DNA of 63,238 bases, the filler included, from Octopus bimaculoides (Eukaryota), in assembly GCF_001194135.2 (NCBI RefSeq). It is 7 parts of 5 records of this genome, joined end to end, with 100 filler letters (N's around TTAATTAATTAA, not from the genome) between each part and the next. Parts side by side here need not be neighbours in the genome. Positions count along the whole stretch, not along the records: positions 46,076 to 56,725 come from NC_068987.1; positions 56,826 to 61,805 come from NC_068989.1; positions 61,906 to 63,238 come from NW_026318381.1; 4 more parts are not named here. One strand, written 5' to 3'. A program made the translations under genes and the position numbers. The notes beneath the pieces were generated by a model. That model had not been told where the DNA came from. It did not search any database and worked only from the letters and a program-made list of their open reading frames with translations. Positions 51,570 through 63,238 of the stretch are shown here, piece after piece; position 1 is the first letter of the stretch; the number at the start of each line of letters is the position of its first letter.

Positions 51570-52100
51570 GCATAATCAGCTCAGACCCGTCCAGACTGTC
51601 ATTGCCGTTTTAAAAATATTTTCTACAGAGCAGTACTTCCTATTCAACTCTCACCTCCTTCGTGTTCACCTCGAAAAAATTGATGAGTGCTTGGCAAAAA
51701 GGAAGGTCTGCAGCTCTTTCCGTCTCGTCCAGTACACATCCTCGTTTGCTAAAGCCTCCAGGCAGATGAAGACTGCGTGATCTTCCAAGCCTAAGAAGAC
51801 AGAGTCGAATCAGTCTTAGTGTGTGTTCTTCCATACTCTGCAAGAAACTAATGGTCGACAAACAGGGTCAGTGAATGCAGAAAACTTTCGTTGCTCGACA
51901 AATGTCAGGCACACCGTGCTAAAGAGCATCCGTGCCTGTTGAGGTTATCTCGCACAGGTGATACCTCCCAGTTATACATTCAGACAGAAGAGATCTAGAA
52001 ATTAAGAACAGGCACCGGTCGAAAGTCCTCTGAAGCAGACAAGGGAGTTAACGTTCGTCGTAAGAATTTTATGAAGCCACCTTTAATGAGGTTTGTTGGA
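51570..52100 (-). pseudogene. Degenerate L1/Tx1-like ORF2 C-terminus (zinc-knuckle region)
   Basis: PVRDNLNRHG..RC...ESFLHSL ... AVFICLEALANEDVYWTRRKELQT / QALINFFE..KEVRVE.EVL. Confidence 0.5.
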
Positions 52101-52199
52101 TTTCTGAGACAATGAGGCAACATAACTCAAAACTACTTTATTGAAAACAACACAAACCGATAACGAGTTATGAAAAGAATATAAACGTCATTGGCTTAC

Positions 52200-52526
<327 letters not shown>

Positions 52527-52529
52527 ATC

Positions 52530-54039
52530 TGTTGTGATAGGAGCCAAAACTCTTGTGGGATCAGTTATAGCCAGGGACAGGTACATCGTTATCCAGTGGC
52601 GAACAAAACTGGGGCCGAAAAGTCTGCTGATGGAAAAAAAAAACTCTCCAAAGACTAACTACCAGGTAACTAGAACTAGGATGACTCTAACTCTAAATCT
52701 GTAGAGACACCACCAAAAACACCATCTATAGCAAAACGCGTATAATGAACTAGAGAGGATTATAGAGACGTGTTGAAAGCTTTCTATTCAGCCCAACTAA
52801 AACTAAACAATAACTCTACTGTACAAACATACACGTTATGGAGAAACTTAGTAGACAACGAAGTATGCAGATATATAAACACAAATAAATTATGTTACGT
52901 ACGTAGAGACATCGTTAAGAATTAAAGCTTAACTGCCGCTGAGACTAGCCAAATTAGGACACAAATATCTCATGGTAGACCAAATGAATATAGCAACAAT
53001 GCGGATTAAATAGGTCAGAAATGCAGGGAATTCAGTATATACGAGCAGTACATCCCAACGAGGAAGATGAAGAAAGAATAGCGAAGAATAGATATGCGGA
53101 AAAAAGAGGAGGAAGTAAACCTACCTCAAGAACAACAGAATACATAATAAAGCAGAATTTGAGGTGAATAATAAAGACAAGATCATAGAAGGAAGAGAAA
53201 ATATTATGAGAGAACTCAGAAAGACTGAATTTACTGACGTGATCAATACAGAACCACTACCAAAGCTCTCAAACAGTATATAAATATGGCAATGCAATCA
53301 TGATATATAATGTTTCTCTTAGAGAGATCTTAAGAAGTAACGGAAATGACCTAACAACCTTAAATAACATCATTTCTCCCACTGCTAAAGTTGTAACTGC
53401 TCAATATCAGGACAATGCAGAAAAGGACCAACCATGTCAATAAACCTCTTAAGTGGAAAGTAGCTATAGAAAAAGGGATCGATTTTTGCGGGCGGATGTT
53501 TCAGCTGTCGATGAACTTCATAGAGGAGTAAATGTTAACACAAGCTAGAAAGATAAAAGAAAATAAAAATCAAAGATTTTATTAACCTCCCGGCAACCAA
53601 GGATATAGTGAAACAACGAATACAACTGAAAGCCCAACGGATCAGAAGATGTGACAAAAGAATCAAATTTTATTGCCAAAACAATATTTTCAAGACGGTA
53701 GCAAAGACGTTAGAAAGGGAAATTAGCAAAAGCAAGATAGAAGTAAACAAACCTCCTAAGACTGAGGAAATGGAATAGTTCTGGAAGAAGAAATGAAGCA
53801 ACAAAGAATATAGTGCTTAAACTCACTGAATGGAACGTGAGAAAGTGAGACTGGATGAAGTTGAAGAGCAGAAATGGGAGGCAGTAGGAGTAGAAGAACT
53901 AAGACGTGTTCTTGGAAATTCTTACAAATGGAAAATCCTAGGACTGGACCGGATCCCTAACCTCCGGCTGAATTGTTTGACAGAAGTACATCAACATTTT
54001 GCTGTATCCCTAAATGATGTCATCCAGAACCCAGAGTGA
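52530..54039 (+). mobile_element. R4/Dong-type LINE 5' portion (Myb-like N-terminus to start of RT)
   Basis: TREDYRDVLKAFY..YTLWR..NKL.YVRRDIVKN; KWKVAIEK; KQRIQLKAQRIRR.DKR..QNNIF; FWKK; WK..G.DRIPN...LTEVH. Confidence 0.8.
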
Positions 54040-56276
54040 CAAAAGAAAAGATCCATGGTGGAAAAGAAAATACAGGCGGCGTTATACATGCTCTCGAAGG
54101 ACATTTCTGAGTTAGACCGAAAAGAGAAGGGGTAGCTTAAAAGTGAACGAAATTACAGGGCACTAAACAGGAAGTATGATATTGAAAGAGAGGGCCTGAA
54201 AGTGGCAATGGAGGACCTGAAACAGCGACTCTTTGAAAAGAAAGCAAAGATGGTAAGATACGATAAAAGAACGAGGGGATACCAGCAGAATAGATTGTTC
54301 AGACTGGATCAGAAGAGATTCTATAAAGAAATAAATGCAGAGTGTACAGATGAAAAGTTGATACCGGATAACATTTGAAAGTCGAAGGTTTTGGAGTGAC
54401 ACATGAGCAAAGTCAAGGAGACCAAAAATGATGTTGAATGGTTGCAAGAACTTAAACATATAGCAGACTGCGCATAACAAGCAGAACTAGTCATTTGAGT
54501 TAGGGAATTTAAAGAAATCAGCAAACAAATGAGCAACTAAAAGGCCGCGGGACCAGGTGGCTACTATATCAAACGTTTTGGCGTGTCATGCACGAATAGC
54601 TGCACAGCTCATCGCCTTGTTAAATGGCGACCAAGCAACACCAGAGTGGTTGACAACGGGTAGGACAGTGCTGTGCTTGAAGAACATCGAAAAAGTTAAT
54701 ATTTTTCAATGCTTATATCATAACGGATTTCGGACTGAAAAAGTGTGGTGTGTTAGTTTTGAAGAGAGACAAACTCAAATATATAGACAGGCTAGCGAAA
54801 GCCAAACATATAATGATAATAATTCACCTATTCTCAACTGTACAGAAATTCATTATGGATATTGGAAAGGAGTTTGGGTTTAAAAAGTATGTTAAGTTTA
54901 TAATACAAAGTGCTAAAGTAGTTTCGTCTGATGATGTAGAGCTACCTAACGGCGAGAAAATGAAGGATATTCTGACTAATGGATGTAAATATCTCAGCAT
55001 TTTAGAATACGACAAAATCAAGGAAAGTGAAATGAAAAAAAAAATAAGCGAGAATATCTCAGAAGAACCAGGTTAATTATGGGAAGTAGACTGATTGGAA
55101 GAAACAAGATCAGAGCAATGACCACATGGATTGTTTCCATAATGCGATACGGCGCTGGTATTGTTAGGTGAACAAAGGAAGTGCTTGAGGAAATGGACAG
55201 GAAAACAAGAAAATTGATGACAACATGGAACGTCACCCCAAAAGCGATACTGACAAACTGTTTGTGCCTAGAAACGGGTGGAATACGTGTCAACGAGAAG
55301 AACATTACATGAAACAGCAGAATGAATTCTTGCTTGCCGCTGTTAGAATTAACAATATAATACCTTCCGAAATTGTGATGCATACACAAAAAGTTAAGAA
55401 ATTGGATTAAAAAAGAGTAAACAGCTGGAAAAGGAAACCACTGCATGGGCAAAATTTCAGAGAAATCGAAGGAAAAGACAGGATCAATACTTGGAGATAG
55501 CCAAAAAAAAAAATTATCTGGAACAAGCTCTGAGAACTAATTACACCAAGTTTCGAATAGATAAGAGTAGCGAATCGGCTCTTTGTAGGATATGTGGCAG
55601 CGGAAACGAAACAATCTCGCATAATGCAAGTGAGTGTAGCAAACTGGCCCAAAATCACTACTAAAGGAAGCACGATAACGTGCATAAGTTCGTCCACTGG
55701 AGGCCTGAACTGAGTGCGGAAATAGTACGAACATGAACCAGAAGGAGTCACTGAAAACAAGGAACATAAGATACTGTGGGATTTTACAATCCAATGTGAC
55801 TCCATAATTGAGGCTTGGAGACCATATATTGTTGTAGATAGAAAAAAAAAACAGAAACCAAGATCATAGATATTATAGTACATGGAGATGCACACATAAG
55901 TGACAAAGAACTACAAATTTTTTAAAAGTACAGACTAATAAAAGACGAAATTGCAAGACTGTGGACTATGAGGAGAGCGTCTGTCTTTCTAGTAATTGTT
56001 GGGACACTCGCATTAACAACCAAGTTCGATAAATATGTCAAAGAGATCAGAATTGACATGAGAGCAGAGCAATCCCCCCAAACTGCTCTGCTGGGGACAG
56101 CTAGGATTTTGAGATTAGTATTCAGGTGTTGAATATCTCCCACAATAATTAACAACCAAGTATTAAAGCTTATAATGTGTAGAAAGATACCCTCTGAGAC
56201 CTCTGACAGTAGGCTGCTGTCCGCTCTCACAGAATCTACCAGAATAAATAAGACTGAACCTTTTGAGAATTAGGCG
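54040..56276 (+). mobile_element. R4/Dong-type LINE mosaic (two further fragments; RT core deleted; CCHC and REL end)
   Basis: PWWKRK..YQQNRLF..KRFY; KAAGP; PEWLTTGRTVLC; DFGLKKCGVL; DIGKEFG; LHGQ; QALRTN..LCRICGS..ETISH..EC; KILWDFTIQ.D; LLGTARILR*; then a 3' UTR and TAA/CAA tail. Confidence 0.88.
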
Positions 56277-56406
56277 ATAATAACAACAACAATAATATTC
56301 CCCTCCCACAAGCTTCCAATCATGCAGCAGCATCTCTTATCTTTCATTCGCCCTAGGACAGTGGGTGTGTCTCGGCAAGTGACTGTAACGAACATGCAAA
56401 TTAAAA

Positions 56407-56477
56407 GTAATAATAATAATAATGATAATAATAATAATAATAATAATACTAATACTAATAATAATAATAATAATAAT
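56407..56477. repeat. (TAA)n microsatellite
   Basis: Direct reading. Confidence 0.95.
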
Positions 56478-56725
56478 ACCTCCACTACCCGCACAGCGAT
56501 CGTAAACACACGTGTTACATCAAAATCAGACCATCTTCGAACCCCAAAACACCATGTACAAAAAAATTACAAACATATTAAATAACACCGGTATTATTTC
56601 ACCCAAAAATAACAACCGAGAAGTACGTACTGTAAGCTTGTTAAGAAAAAAGTACGAAGATATGAACGTGCAAAACAATCTGACAACAGAAATAAACGAA
56701 CCGGTACCCTACGAAAACGACGACC

Positions 56726-56825
56726 NNNNNNNNNNNNNNNNNNNNNNNNNNNNNNNNNNNNNNNNNNNNTTAATTAATTAANNNNNNNNNNNNNNNNNNN
56801 NNNNNNNNNNNNNNNNNNNNNNNNN
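56726..56825. other. Artificial scaffold linker 5
   Basis: 44N-TTAATTAATTAA-44N. Confidence 0.95.
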
Positions 56826-56876
<51 letters not shown>

Positions 56877-57006
56877 TATATACATACATATACACATATA
56901 TATGTACACATACACATACACCCATCTGCTGCACAAACTCAAGTGTATATATATATATATATATATGAGAGATTCTGTCCGTTAGTGTGTTTGTTTTACC
57001 CATAAA

Positions 57007-57195
57007 ATGAATCTAAATGGTTCAAGGGAGGCAACACTAATTGTGCACAAACCTATGACGAATTGCATTGAGGCAAATATTCTCACTGGTTATGGTAAAC
57101 ATGACACCATCTTCATTTCTCACATACCAGTTATACCTTCTAATTTCCCATTCAAATTTAAGCCCTTACAGTTTCCTATCCCACTTTCTTTTTTT
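57007..57195 (+). pseudogene. Helitron helicase fragment
   Basis: NCIEANILTG.GKHDTIFISHIPVIPSNFPFKFKPLQFPI; homologous to 8225-8668. Confidence 0.85.
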
Positions 57196-57830
57196 TCTCT
57201 TATATGATACACACATACAGGATGAGTAAACCTAAATCTGACAGGACACAGCATTTATAATTTCAGTGGACTATTACTTACTGTTGCTTTGCCTTCCATT
57301 CCTGTAATATAGCATCAGAATTTCAGCACTAACACTAATAGGAGACAGCATTTGCCATTTCATTTCCTTATTACTTACTGGTATTCCTAATCAAAAAAAT
57401 GTCTCCTAAAAAATGACTGACAAAGAACGAACACCAAACAACTGCACGATCTGTAGCAGAGAACGTGGATGAGACACGTGCAAACCTAAATCTGTAGTCG
57501 TAGTCTCAACCTGATTCAGACTTATAACTGAATCTTTCAATTTACCTTGGGTGTACTCCTTGGGTGTATTCAAATGTCAAAAGAAACCATTCAGGTGTCA
57601 AAAAGAAACGCCAAATAAACATTTGATGTGCAATGCTTTTTCTCTATGAACAATGATGTTCCACTTGACCTGCAGCCTTTTCAGTGCCCTCACAGTCAAC
57701 TGGTCTCCATAAAGCTATTCTTCTATATGATATACCCATTTTTCTAGCTTCTTGGCCCGAGAAACAGTAAAAGTAATTAACCGATCAATGACAGGTATTA
57801 CTGATAGTATATATATGTGTGCGTGTGTGT

Positions 57831-58073
57831 GTGAAATTAACATGCAAGTGGCTGAGCACTCCTCAGACGGGTGTACCCTTAGCATAGTTCTCAGGGAGAT
57901 TCAGTGTGACACAAAGTGTGACAAGGCTGGCCCTTTGAAATACAGGTACTACTCATTTTTGTCAGCTGAGTGTACTGGAGCAACATGAAATGAAATGTCT
58001 TGCTCAAGGACACAACACATCGCCGGAAATTGAACTCACAACCTTACAGTTGTGAGCCGAACACCCTAACCAC
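57831..58073 (-). mobile_element. SINE family C (tRNA head, CORE-like domain, 3' domain)
   Basis: Minus strand: gtggttagggtgttcggctcac..gagttcaatttcc..ctccagtacactcagctgac..atgagtag..aagggccagccttgtcacac. Confidence 0.8.
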
Positions 58074-59591
58074 NNNNNNNNNNNNNNNNNNNNNNNNNNN
58101 NNNNNNNNNNNNNNNNNNNNNNNNNNNNNNNNNNNNNNNNNNNNNNNNNNNNNNNNNNNNNNNNNNNNNNNNNNNNNNNNNNNNNNNNNNNNNNNNNNNN
58201 NNNNNNNNNNNNNNNNNNNNNNNNNNNNNNNNNNNNNNNNNNNNNNNNNNNNNNNNNNNNNNNNNNNNNNNNNNNNNNNNNNNNNNNNNNNNNNNNNNNN
58301 NNNNNNNNNNNNNNNNNNNNNNNNNNNNNNNNNNNNNNNNNNNNNNNNNNNNNNNNNNNNNNNNNNNNNNNNNNNNNNNNNNNNNNNNNNNNNNNNNNNN
58401 NNNNNNNNNNNNNNNNNNNNNNNNNNNNNNNNNNNNNNNNNNNNNNNNNNNNNNNNNNNNNNNNNNNNNNNNNNNNNNNNNNNNNNNNNNNNNNNNNNNN
58501 NNNNNNNNNNNNNNNNNNNNNNNNNNNNNNNNNNNNNNNNNNNNNNNNNNNNNNNNNNNNNNNNNNNNNNNNNNNNNNNNNNNNNNNNNNNNNNNNNNNN
58601 NNNNNNNNNNNNNNNNNNNNNNNNNNNNNNNNNNNNNNNNNNNNNNNNNNNNNNNNNNNNNNNNNNNNNNNNNNNNNNNNNNNNNNNNNNNNNNNNNNNN
58701 NNNNNNNNNNNNNNNNNNNNNNNNNNNNNNNNNNNNNNNNNNNNNNNNNNNNNNNNNNNNNNNNNNNNNNNNNNNNNNNNNNNNNNNNNNNNNNNNNNNN
58801 NNNNNNNNNNNNNNNNNNNNNNNNNNNNNNNNNNNNNNNNNNNNNNNNNNNNNNNNNNNNNNNNNNNNNNNNNNNNNNNNNNNNNNNNNNNNNNNNNNNN
58901 NNNNNNNNNNNNNNNNNNNNNNNNNNNNNNNNNNNNNNNNNNNNNNNNNNNNNNNNNNNNNNNNATATATATGTATGTGTGTGTATATACATATATAAAG
59001 AAAACAAGGAAAAAATTTTTATTAAGTTTCTATTCATATCTATTACAGAATTACCCCTCTGATAAAGAATAAATATAGATTATTATTAGTTAATTTAAAC
59101 AATAATTTTTAAAATATCAAGTAGTTTAAATAAATAGAAGAGTTGTTGTATGAAGATGCAATTGTTTATATATTTTTTGTTGCAGTTCCAGATAGGAGAA
59201 GACTCAGATAATTATATACATATATATACACACCTATCTTATTGTTGTATGTTGTGGTGACGAGTGACTCTCTTGGACATGAACGGGTTTTGATGGTTGT
59301 GGATTGCACTTACTTGGTTGTATTGTCCATTAGAGTGTTTTTGTTGTTTTCTATTTGTAATTGATGTATGATTGAATAGTTAATGCTCACGCTAATAATA
59401 TATAGACATTTGAATTATGTTTTACAATCCAGCCGTTCTTTCACACAGTATTTCATCTATCTTTAAACCATGACCCTGAAGTGACTTATATATGTAAGGG
59501 AACTGTTATTGTGTATATATATATCAGAAGATGGATATAAGTCAAGACAATTTGTTGGCCTTTTTGGTTATTTTAATAATTGTTTATGTTC

Positions 59592-60605
59592 GAGGCAATG
59601 ACAAGTGACCAGGACCTTTGGAAATATGCAGTACGTGAGAAGAGCTGGCAAGGCAAGTGAGAGCATAATCTGTGATCTCTGCCAAAAGTGTAGCCATCTC
59701 ACTAATCCGTATCTTTACTTTATTGGACACTAAAAACCCTGCTTGCGAAGACCTGTTGAAGCAAGTGAATTTGGAATTTGAAATTTGAATCAGAAATCGA
59801 AATCGAACCGAATCCGACGACTGGCACCCATGCCAACTTCTCCTTCATTGGACACTAAACTCTACTTGTGAAGACCTGTTGGGGAAAGTGAAATCAAAAT
59901 TGAACGATACTCGATGACTGGTCACCGCACCAGTGGAGCACTAACAGCACTGTTGAGTGTGTTCATTGCCAGAGCAGCTGTCTGGCTTCCGTGGTGGCCC
60001 GTAAATAGCACCATTTGAGCGTAATCGTTACCAGTGTTACCTTCTAGCACTTGTGCTGGTGGCACGTTAGAAAATCATTCAAGTGAGGTCATTGCCAGTG
60101 CCGCTGGACTGGCTCCCGTGCAGGGAGCACGTAAAAAACACCTTTTGAGCGTGGCCGTTGCCAGTACTGTGTGACTGGCCCTCATGCCGATGGCACANNN
60201 NNNNNNNTCTGGCTTCCGTGGTGGCCCGTAAATAGCACCATTTGAGCGTAATCGTTACCAGTGTTACCTTCTAGCACTTGTGCTGGTGGCACGTTAGAAA
60301 ATCATTCAAGTGAGGTCATTGCCAGTGCCGCTGGACTGGCTCCCGTGCAGGGAGCACGTAAAAAACACCTTTTGAGCGTGGCCGTTGCCAGTACTGTGTG
60401 ACTGGCCCTCATGCCGATGGCACATAAAAGCACCCACTACACTCTCGGAGTGGTTGGCATTAGGAAGGGCATCCAGCTGTAGAAACTCTGCCAAATCAGA
60501 TTGGAGCCTGGTGCAGCCTTCTGGCTTGCCAGTCCTCAGTCAAATCGTCCAACCTATGCTAGCATGGAAAGCGGACGTTAAACGATGATGAAGATGATGA
60601 TGATG
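59592..60605 (+). mobile_element. RTE LINE 3' end with long UTR
   Basis: EAMTSDQDLWKYAVREK then UTR and (GAT)n; contains a gap-flanking duplication. Confidence 0.88.
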
Positions 60606-60779
60606 TTATATTATATTCATAGTACATTATGTACTATTATAATATAAATATATTATTGGATTGTCAGTAGTATCTCTCTAATTTATCTTTGTAATTGTAT
60701 TATACCCATATTTATATGGTATTCAACTGACATACCAGTGAATTGGATGTTTAACACACCCTTTGAAGGCACACACATA

Positions 60780-60828
60780 TGTACCCATACACTCAGATCC
60801 ATGAACGCATATAGATGCGTATTCACAT

Positions 60829-60863
<35 letters not shown>

Positions 60864-61420
60864 CACACACACATATATATACATAAACATGTACATATAT
60901 ACACACATATACACATGCATACATATATACATACATACATACATACATACATACCCGCACACATGTACATATATGTGCACACATATACTCGTGTATACGA
61001 ATACATACACCATGTGTATATGTACGTCTCAGCATACATACATACATACACTCACTCACATCTCAGCATATCTATGTACACACACATACTCGTATCCACA
61101 GACATATACATACATGATTCTTGCACATGCACACTCATGTGTAATATATATATATATATATATGTACATATACAGGCATACACATACATTCATAAACATG
61201 TTACCACCTGTACATACACATACACGTATACATATATATATACACATACATACAAATATGTGTGTATATATACATACACATGCATACATAAATGTAGACA
61301 TACATGTACATATTTGCACAAGAATATAAGTACGCACTTACATAAATGCATACACTTATGCATACTTAGTCACTTATGAGTATGTGCTCATGCCTTGGCA
61401 CACGTGTATATATACACATA
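60780..61420. repeat. (CA/TA)n-rich degenerate microsatellite
   Basis: Direct reading; source of the H/T/Y/I-rich ORFs. Confidence 0.9.
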
Positions 61421-61516
61421 CAAAACATCTAAGGGTATATTTTTTCCCTCCGAAGAGATTATGCTCAGAAATAACTTAATATTTAATTAATTCACTGTGT
61501 ATAATTGAAACAGCGT

Positions 61517-61805
61517 GGAGGCGCAATGGCCCAGTGGTTAGGGCAGCGGACTCGCGGTCATAGGATCGCGATTTCGATTCCCAGACCGGGCGTTGTGAGT
61601 GTTTATTGAGCGAAAACACCTAAAACTCCACGAGGCTCCGGCAGGGGATGGTGGTGAACCCTGCTGTACTCTTTCACCACAACTTTCTCTCACTCTTACT
61701 TCCTGTTTCTGTTGTGCCTGTAATTCAAAGGGTCAGCCTTGTCACACTGTGTCATGCTGAATATCCCCGAGAACTACGTTAAGGGTACATGTGTCTGTGG
61801 AGTGC
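61517..61805 (+). mobile_element. tRNA-derived SINE with A and B boxes and the family C 3' domain
   Basis: A box TGGCCCAGTGG, B-like ATTTCGATTCC; 3' aagggtcagccttgtcacac..gagaactacgttaagggtac is shared with 57831-57940. Confidence 0.85.
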
Positions 61806-61905
61806 NNNNNNNNNNNNNNNNNNNNNNNNNNNNNNNNNNNNNNNNNNNNTTAATTAATTAANNNNNNNNNNNNNNNNNNNNNNNNNNNNNNNNNNNNNNN
61901 NNNNN
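61806..61905. other. Artificial scaffold linker 6
   Basis: 44N-TTAATTAATTAA-44N. Confidence 0.95.
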
Positions 61906-62189
61906 GGAAAAAGGAGTGAGAAGGGCAAGAGAGGAGAGGAAGAAAGAAGAAAGGAAGAGATAAAAGTCCTGTGGCGATGGAGGAGTGGCGACGTATGCAG
62001 ACTTGACCGGTTGGAAGCATACAGTTACAAATCTGCACATAAGGCGGCAGAGTTCTTATCTTCACATCGGTAACATGTCTTCATGGACAGGGGCTGTTTT
62101 CGGTGGAGAATCCTGTGTCTGAGCAGCCCTTTTAAGGAGAACACTGCTCACCTGGATATACTGGGAAGGTGCTAGAAAAGGTGCATTAA

Positions 62190-63238
62190 AAATTGTTTAT
62201 CCGCTCTCTGCTGGTTAGTTTACTGCGGCTAACGGTGGTTCAATATAGCAGGAACGAACAAAGAGATATAAGCAATAATAAAAAGTATGCGAGGAAAAAG
62301 GTTTTACTTAACTTGGCATGCTGGAATGTGAGAACTCTCTTGGATCGAGTGGATAGGCCTGAAAGAAGAACAGCTCTAGTAACTAAGAAGCTGAGACGTC
62401 TTAATATTGATATTGCAGCTCTATCTGAAACAAGATGTTCAGGTGAAGATCATCTTGTTGAAAGAGCAGCCGGCTTCACAGTGTTCTGGGTTGGGAGGCC
62501 AAAGGGAGAGAAAAGGGAGGGTGGTGTTGGGTTTGCAATTAGAAGTAATTTACTGAAAGACCTAGAACAACCACAAAGTAGAAATGACCGTATGATGAAA
62601 CTCCGGATCCCTCTCTCTTGTGTACGCTTTGTGACTGTTTTCTCCATCTATGCTCCCACACTCTCAGCAAATGAAGAAAATATCCATGCATTCTATGAGG
62701 AACTTAGAAGTAGTATCCTCTCAGTCCCTCTGGATGAGAAGTTGGTTGTGCTCGGTGACTTCAATGCACGTGTTGACAGGGACAATAGTGCTTGGAATAT
62801 ACTTGGGCGGTATGGAATAGGTAAGGTGAACAAAATTGGTTTACACCTACTACAAATGTGCTCTAAACTAGGGTTGGCTGTTGGGAACACATTTTTTCAC
62901 CATAAGCTGAAACATAAAGTCACCTGGATTCATCCAAGATCAAAGCAAGGTCACATGATTGACCTTGTATTAACTCGGAAATCTAACCTACAGGATTTGT
63001 GTAGTCTCAGAGTATTGCGAGGAGCTGATTGTGATACTGATCACAAAATGTTTAGGGCTAAGTTCAAATTCAGGGTTCGTACAAGAAAGCGCAATGCAGG
63101 TGTGCGAGTCCCCCTAAAAATTGATGTAGGACAACTTAAACAGCTACAGGTCTCACAGCTATTTCGGGATAGATGCAGTAATATTTACTTTGAAGGTTCA
63201 TGGCAATCTTTTCGAGAAGGATTATATAAGGCTGGAGT
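62190..63238 (+). CDS. RTE (BovB-like) LINE ORF: complete APE endonuclease domain, frame open to window end
   Basis: Absent from the ORF track because it has no stop. Reads ..LACWNVRTLLDR..RPERRTALV..NIDIAALSETR..GGVGFAI..IYAPT..LGDFNARV..NTFF..TWIHPRSK..HMIDLV..ADCDTDHK.. with no stops or shifts from 62190 onward. Confidence 0.92.

Noticed and set aside
52555-52615. HDV-like fold at the R4/Dong 5' end
   Set aside because: P1 is only 4 bp, with no P1.1 and a non-canonical L3.
59470-59510. ctgaagtgacttatatatgtaagggaac, a second possible hammerhead relic
   Set aside because: The core is missing an A and GAAA is broken; only a CTTA/TAAG stem remains.
59979-60427. ~220-bp tandem duplication
   Set aside because: Exact copies flank a 10-N gap; most likely an assembly overlap.
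61517-61595. tRNA gene
   Set aside because: The cloverleaf does not close and the sequence runs into a SINE body.

Overview
AT-rich, microsatellite-dense metazoan DNA made almost entirely of transposable-element debris. The SINE and LINE families look like coleoid cephalopod (probably Octopus); this is pattern recognition, not a database result. The window is not one locus: six identical 100-bp linkers (44 N + TTAATTAATTAA + 44 N) join seven separate scaffolds (1-11761, 11862-32872, 32973-39764, 39865-45975, 46076-56725, 56826-61805, 61906-63238). I can support no host protein-coding gene, rRNA, true tRNA or CRISPR array. Retroelements: a Penelope-like GIY-YIG fragment between inverted pseudo-LTRs that each hold a hammerhead-ribozyme fold; many RTE LINE copies, with a PHD finger inside the RT and a hairpin minisatellite in the 3' UTR; an uninterrupted RTE endonuclease frame at the window end; two clusters of R4/Dong-type LINEs at (TAA)n tracts; L1/Tx1-like and Ty3/Gypsy fragments; several tRNA-derived SINE families. 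DNA transposons: an internally deleted Helitron with an intact 3' end, a near-complete Tc1 (DD34E) with IR/DR-type TIRs, mariner and Kolobok-like fossils, and MITEs. Best leads: the variant-core hammerheads, the PHD-in-RT RTE, the fold-back elements, and the AUG-less RTE ORF with a weak HDV-like candidate. These are variants of known element classes; I found no clear evidence of a wholly new system.
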